In this document: positions 7,487 through 10,669 of the stretch, in pieces
Numbering within the stretch: position 1 is the first letter of the stretch
How the letters are laid out: each line of letters begins with the position of its first letter
DNA from: a virus
Taxonomy: Duplodnaviria; Heunggongvirae; Uroviricota; Caudoviricetes; Schitoviridae
Direction: 5' to 3' (one strand)
Virus record (IMG/VR): IMGVR_UViG_2595698760_000001
Coordinates: 64,001-74,669 of that record
Length of the DNA: 10,669 nucleotides
Notes under the pieces: generated by a model
Told to the model about the DNA's origin: nothing
Seen by the model: only the letters and a program-made list of their open reading frames with translations
The model's database searches: none
Made by a program: the position numbers and the translations under genes

Positions 7487-7654
7487 ATGACCATCCTCGA
7501 TATTCTATTCCTCACCGTTCCCTGCAAGTACAACCGCCAGTACCTCCTCCAGTATTACCTTAATTCAACCGATGAACCCCAGTGCCGTATCTCTTTTGCA
7601 TGGAGCCTCCATGAACCTGCTATCCCTTTTAGTTACCCAAGTCACAACGTTTGA
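7487..7654 (+). CDS. Small array protein 1 (55 aa, MTILDILFLTVP...)
   Basis: GGGAG SD and the shared N-terminal motif. It is the 3' part of track ORF 7166..7654. Confidence 0.7.
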   Translation: MTILDILFLTVPCKYNRQYLLQYYLNSTDEPQCRISFAWSLHEPAIPFSYPSHNV

Positions 7655-7796
7655 CCGAGGACGTATAGGCCCGACCACACTCGTTGCCCTGGGCAAACGA
7701 CTGGAGCGGCCGCTGTCTTTCCCGGATACTTACCTGACTCACCGGCTCATCGAAGCCATGCTGGAGAATTACAATGGCAACACTTACGTTGACTGA
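7611..7796 (+). CDS. Small array protein 2 (61 aa, MNLLSLLVTQV...)
   Basis: GGAG SD at 7602-05 and the motif. Overlaps ORF 1. Confidence 0.7.
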   Translation: MNLLSLLVTQVTTFDRGRIGPTTLVALGKRLERPLSFPDTYLTHRLIEAMLENYNGNTYVD

Positions 7797-7950
7797 ACTC
7801 CTGTACCGGAACCTGTTGCCGCCTGGCGCCGCAACCTATGTTCGACTGCAGCTCATCTATGAAGGGGATACCGGCAAGCTGGGCCTCATGACAGCCCAAC
7901 GTATGAGACTGCTTCAGCTCATCACCGGGGGTGACAATGCAGCTAATTGA
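7774..7950 (+). CDS. Small array protein 3 (58 aa, MATLTLTELLYRNLL...)
   Basis: GGAG SD at 7763-66; the motif is offset by 3 residues. Not in the ORF track. Confidence 0.7.
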   Translation: MATLTLTELLYRNLLPPGAATYVRLQLIYEGDTGKLGLMTAQRMRLLQLITGGDNAAN

Positions 7951-8170
7951 ACTCCTGGCTCAACGTCAGCTACTCGACGGAGACACCTTCGGCAAGACAT
8001 TGTTCGGAGTAGCCTATCGGGAAATGTATCACCAGGATGAACACCTGGGGGTAAAGCTGTACTCCCTACGATTCTTTCTGAGGAACCTTCATGCCCCTTA
8101 TCGTACTGCTGATGTGCGAAGTGCCGTACCGGCAGACTGGCTTAACCACAAGTCTGTTTTCAATCGTTGA
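7937..8170 (+). CDS. Small array protein 4 (77 aa, MQLIELLAQRQ...)
   Basis: G-rich SD at about 7927-31 and the motif. The track starts it at GTG 7931. Confidence 0.7.
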   Translation: MQLIELLAQRQLLDGDTFGKTLFGVAYREMYHQDEHLGVKLYSLRFFLRNLHAPYRTADVRSAVPADWLNHKSVFNR

Positions 8171-8261
8171 CCTGACACTGTTCAATGCGAACGTGCGGGC
8201 CGACACCTTTGAACTCCTGGAGATATTCCATGCTCATTACTCAACTGCTGAGCCAAGCTGA
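8091..8261 (+). CDS. Small array protein 5 (56 aa, MPLIVLLMCEVPY...)
   Basis: GAGGA SD at 8080-84 and the motif. It fills the apparent gap between ORFs 4 and 6, overlapping them by 80 and 32 nt. Not in the ORF track. Confidence 0.6.
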   Translation: MPLIVLLMCEVPYRQTGLTTSLFSIVDLTLFNANVRADTFELLEIFHAHYSTAEPS

Positions 8262-8469
8262 AGCGCAGTATGGTTCACTGTTCTTCCTCGTGGCCCGTCG
8301 GTACGGAGCCATCCCGAACACACACAAGACGGCCGGCTTCCTCAATACTCTGGCACCAAGCCCGGCGTATTACATTGCCGCCACCCGGGACGCTGACCGA
8401 CAGAACAACATGCGCAACAGCAGCGCCGATGCAATGGCCTATGCCGTACAGGGGAGACTGCGCCGATGA
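8230..8469 (+). CDS. Small array protein 6 (79 aa, MLITQLLSQAEAQY...)
   Basis: GGAG SD at 8219-22 and the motif. Confidence 0.7.
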   Translation: MLITQLLSQAEAQYGSLFFLVARRYGAIPNTHKTAGFLNTLAPSPAYYIAATRDADRQNNMRNSSADAMAYAVQGRLRR

Positions 8470-8642
8470 TGCTTATTCAACTGCTGATGGTTCGCCGGTA
8501 CACCCTGAAGACTGAAAGCATCACCTCTTATCTGACACTGATTGCCCTGGCGCAGACCAGAGAGTTTGACCAGGTAGGCAGAATGTTTAGTAAACGCTTT
8601 GCGGTAGAAGAACTGGTGAGGGTGCTCAATGACAATCACTGA
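8466..8642 (+). CDS. Small array protein 7 (58 aa, MMLIQLLMVRRY...)
   Basis: ATGA overlap with the ORF 6 stop, GGGGAG SD and the motif. Not in the ORF track. Confidence 0.7.
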   Translation: MMLIQLLMVRRYTLKTESITSYLTLIALAQTREFDQVGRMFSKRFAVEELVRVLNDNH

Positions 8643-8829
8643 GTTGCTGAACCAACGAATGCCGCAGCCGGAATACTGGGAGAACTTTATCTACTTACTG
8701 GAAGATGAGTTCTGCTGCATTAAGTCAGTACCCAAAGTCCAACACTTACTGGGCAGACTAACTGGCGAACACCAGAGACCGTCTGCCAAGTTCATTCGTA
8801 ACCAGTTCAAAAGGAACTTCATGGGATGA
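8629..8829 (+). CDS. Small array protein 8 (66 aa, MTITELLNQRMP...)
   Basis: GAGGG SD at 8618-22 and the motif. Confidence 0.75.
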   Translation: MTITELLNQRMPQPEYWENFIYLLEDEFCCIKSVPKVQHLLGRLTGEHQRPSAKFIRNQFKRNFMG

Positions 8830-8981
8830 GTCTTGCTGAACTTCTGTTGGTTCGTCGGTACGACGTGGGTGACCGGTTCATCGCTATAGGCAATCACATT
8901 GCCGGAGAACCGTATGACTGGTTCGATTTATCCTGCACACTACGGAGTATGCTCTATGGCCCTAAGCACCATCCTTCTTAA
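8826..8981 (+). CDS. Small array protein 9 (51 aa, MSLAELLLVRRY...)
   Basis: ATGA overlap with the ORF 8 stop and the motif. Not in the ORF track. Confidence 0.7.
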   Translation: MSLAELLLVRRYDVGDRFIAIGNHIAGEPYDWFDLSCTLRSMLYGPKHHPS

Positions 8982-9105
8982 TATCCTGCGCACCGGTGAC
9001 GCATTCGGCCTGCTGCCGGGAACCATGGCCACTCAGATGGGGCCACGACAACTGTGCAGGAAGTTTATCCGCCACACGCTGCAGGGGTTACCCCATGACG
9101 ATTAG
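8956..9105 (+). CDS. Small array protein 10 (49 aa, MALSTILLNILRTG...)
   Basis: GGAG SD at 8944-47 and the motif. Confidence 0.7.
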   Translation: MALSTILLNILRTGDAFGLLPGTMATQMGPRQLCRKFIRHTLQGLPHDD

Positions 9106-9268
9106 TGACCTTCTCGCCTGGCACCAACTAGCGGGGAGCGACGGGGTACACCGTAACCTGATGGAAGTCTGTTATCACTCCCTGCACCTGGAGTGGAATC
9201 AGATTGACCGGGTGATGCCCCTGCTGGTGGCCTTCTCTGAACGTGCTGATAAGGAGTGGTATTTATGA
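9095..9268 (+). CDS. Small array protein 11 (57 aa, MTISDLLAWHQL...)
   Basis: AGGGG SD at 9083-87 and the motif. Confidence 0.7.
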   Translation: MTISDLLAWHQLAGSDGVHRNLMEVCYHSLHLEWNQIDRVMPLLVAFSERADKEWYL

Positions 9269-9393
9269 CAATCACCCAACTGCTCTGGTGTCTCGTGCCT
9301 GGCAGTGCTGCATCCATTGCTTCTTACTGCTCATATGGGGTACGGGGCAAGGGGCTGACCGGCGGCAACCTGTTGAGGAACATGAACCAATGA
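9265..9393 (+). CDS. Small array protein 12 (42 aa, MTITQLLWCLVPG...)
   Basis: ATGA overlap, AAGGAG SD at 9251-56 and the motif. Not in the ORF track. Confidence 0.7.
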   Translation: MTITQLLWCLVPGSAASIASYCSYGVRGKGLTGGNLLRNMNQ

Positions 9394-9554
9394 AGCTGAC
9401 TGAACTCATCCTGCTGCGGGTAGAGGGCGGGGAGATGTCTGACATGACCCTGGCCGCTTACTCCTGGATAAACATGTGCCGTGAACAACGGGAGATACGC
9501 ACCACCTCAATCGTTAAGATAAAAGCCCTATGCAGAACATTGAACCAACAATAA
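9390..9554 (+). CDS. Small array protein 13 (54 aa, MKLTELILLRVEGG...)
   Basis: ATGA overlap, GAGGA SD and the motif. Confidence 0.7.
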   Translation: MKLTELILLRVEGGEMSDMTLAAYSWINMCREQREIRTTSIVKIKALCRTLNQQ

Positions 9555-9727
9555 GCATCATCGTCCACATCGCCACGCAGCACGGCAAGCATACCGATAT
9601 GTATCAGTACCTGTCCGATAAGTACGAGCACGCCGGTAATCGTTTAAAGCTGCGGGCCTTTATCCGCCGTATGACGGGATTCTCCTATGACGCTCTGCGA
9701 GCTACTGAACCAAGAACTCCCACTTGA
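9530..9727 (+). CDS. Small array protein 14 (65 aa, MQNIEPTISIIVHI...)
   Basis: Fills the array and overlaps both neighbours. The motif is degenerate and offset (TISIIV), and there is no clear SD, so the start is uncertain. Confidence 0.55.
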   Translation: MQNIEPTISIIVHIATQHGKHTDMYQYLSDKYEHAGNRLKLRAFIRRMTGFSYDALRATEPRTPT

Positions 9728-9866
9728 GACAAAGCGTCAGTCCACACTGACTGGCATCTTCTATTGGTCACACCAGGAGTTACGCCGGCGTACCTGGCAA
9801 GAAGTCCGAGGGGCTAAGGCCATCCTGGAGCATATAACCAATATGCCCTATTACCGGCCTTCTTAG
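9687..9866 (+). CDS. Small array protein 15 (59 aa, MTLCELLNQELP...)
   Basis: GGGA SD at 9676-79 and the motif; the N-terminus is close to ORF 8 (ELLNQ). Not in the ORF track. Confidence 0.7.
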   Translation: MTLCELLNQELPLETKRQSTLTGIFYWSHQELRRRTWQEVRGAKAILEHITNMPYYRPS

Positions 9867-9943
9867 ACCAAACCGTTCTATTGAAAGATTGAACCAACAG
9901 GAATCAGGGAATGTCTAACACACCGTGCCTTCCAAAATCCCCA

Positions 9944-10075
9944 ATGAGTATTTCATCTCTACTTACTGTAAGAATGACTGGGTATACCTTAATAGGTTTA
10001 GTAGACAGTGATGTCTTAGACTTAAAGATGAGCTACAAGATATATAACCTAGTCCGTATACTGAGTAAGCTATGA
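9944..10075 (+). CDS. Small array protein 16 (43 aa, MSISSLLTVR...; in-frame upstream ATG at 9911 gives 54 aa)
   Basis: The motif begins at ATG 9944, but the better SD precedes ATG 9911, so the start is ambiguous. AT-rich codons. Confidence 0.55.
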   Translation: MSISSLLTVRMTGYTLIGLVDSDVLDLKMSYKIYNLVRILSKL

Positions 10076-10230
10076 CTCTATTCAAACTCTTATCTGGAGT
10101 ATATGTTGAATACTATAGAGACCCAGAGTTCTTAATTAACTTAGCTGTATTAGGAAGTGAAACTCTATTCAATAAGAACTTCACTAACCCTACTTATGAC
10201 TTCCTCATAGCCATAGAAAAGATTGGTTAG
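10072..10230 (+). CDS. Small array protein 17 (52 aa, MTLFKLLSGVY...)
   Basis: ATGA overlap with the ORF 16 stop and the motif. AT-rich codons. Confidence 0.6.
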   Translation: MTLFKLLSGVYVEYYRDPEFLINLAVLGSETLFNKNFTNPTYDFLIAIEKIG

Positions 10231-10301
10231 AACATATAGCAAAATTCGCTAGTTATGTTCCACTGTACTATAGGGGCGCTACACTCTCAAAGTGGAGACT
10301 A

Positions 10302-10310
10302 CCCCCCCCC
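10302..10310. other. C9 homopolymer at the end of the AT-rich stretch; probable vicinity of the genome terminus/terminal-repeat boundary
   Basis: The run is seen directly. The terminus interpretation is inferred from N4-like gene order (terminase side, right-end genes, then the first early gene). Confidence 0.35.
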
Positions 10311-10372
10311 ATGTTCTACACGCCTAACGGCTATTGTGGCACTCATGCCCACTTAACCTTAGGAGTATTATC

Positions 10373-10669
10373 ATGGCTCGTCGTACAACAGTTGGCTCAG
10401 TAACTGGCGCACTCATTGACTCAATGGAAGTAGTCAGCAATGTAGCTGGCACTCTCTCTGATTCAGTAGCACATGTGCGTACAGCAGTAGAAGGCTTAGG
10501 CTATAAGGCTCATGTATTCCGTGAGTCAGCAAAGCTGGATGCACAAATCGAACTAGGCAAGATGAAGTCTGACAAGACTCTCGCTGCCAAAGTTGACTTA
10601 GCTAAGCAGAAAGCTGAAGTACAACGCTTAATGCAAACAGACAAAGAACTTGCTGCTGTCTGGAATGAA
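10373..10669 (+). CDS. Early protein, probably the first gene of the left end (N4 gp1-like); 3' end beyond window
   Basis: Strong AGGAG SD at 10361-65 and 99 open codons, MARRTTVGSVTGALIDSMEVVSNVAGTLSDSVA...ELAAVWNE. Absent from the track because there is no stop in the window. The family call rests on recalled similarity and position. Confidence 0.75.
   Translation, partial: MARRTTVGSVTGALIDSMEVVSNVAGTLSDSVAHVRTAVEGLGYKAHVFRESAKLDAQIELGKMKSDKTLAAKVDLAKQKAEVQRLMQTDKELAAVWNE

Noticed and set aside
7487-10230. Array as CRISPR or DNA tandem repeat
   Set aside because: There is no conserved nucleotide repeat; similarity is at the amino-acid level with variable synonymous codons.

Overview
This window is a segment of an N4-like (Schitoviridae-type) podophage genome, probably with an enterobacterial host. 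It appears to run across the circularised right-end/left-end junction. The minus strand (1-6042) carries a late packaging/tail module: a gp69-like protein (putative TerS), TerL, a gp67-like adaptor, a gp66-like tail anchor with 16-aa repeats, and a multi-Ig-domain GH5 endoglucanase (cellulase) that runs off the window and is missing from the ORF track. This layout recalls the cellulose-dependent Erwinia phage S6, but that identity is not verified here. The plus strand (6100-10669) carries a structured leader with a terminator, a 202-aa coiled-coil gene, and about 480 nt of densely base-paired non-coding sequence (7004-7480) where N4-like phages often have tRNAs. Next comes a tandem, mostly overlapping array of 17 short ORFs (42-79 aa, 7487-10230). 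Fifteen of them begin with M-x-[IL]-x-x-[LI]-[LI], and the last hairpin of the RNA buries the RBS of the first ORF. An AT-rich stretch, a C9 run and a gp1-like early gene follow. A manual scan found no GATC in the window. The best candidate for an undescribed system is the large structured RNA together with the small-ORF array directly downstream.
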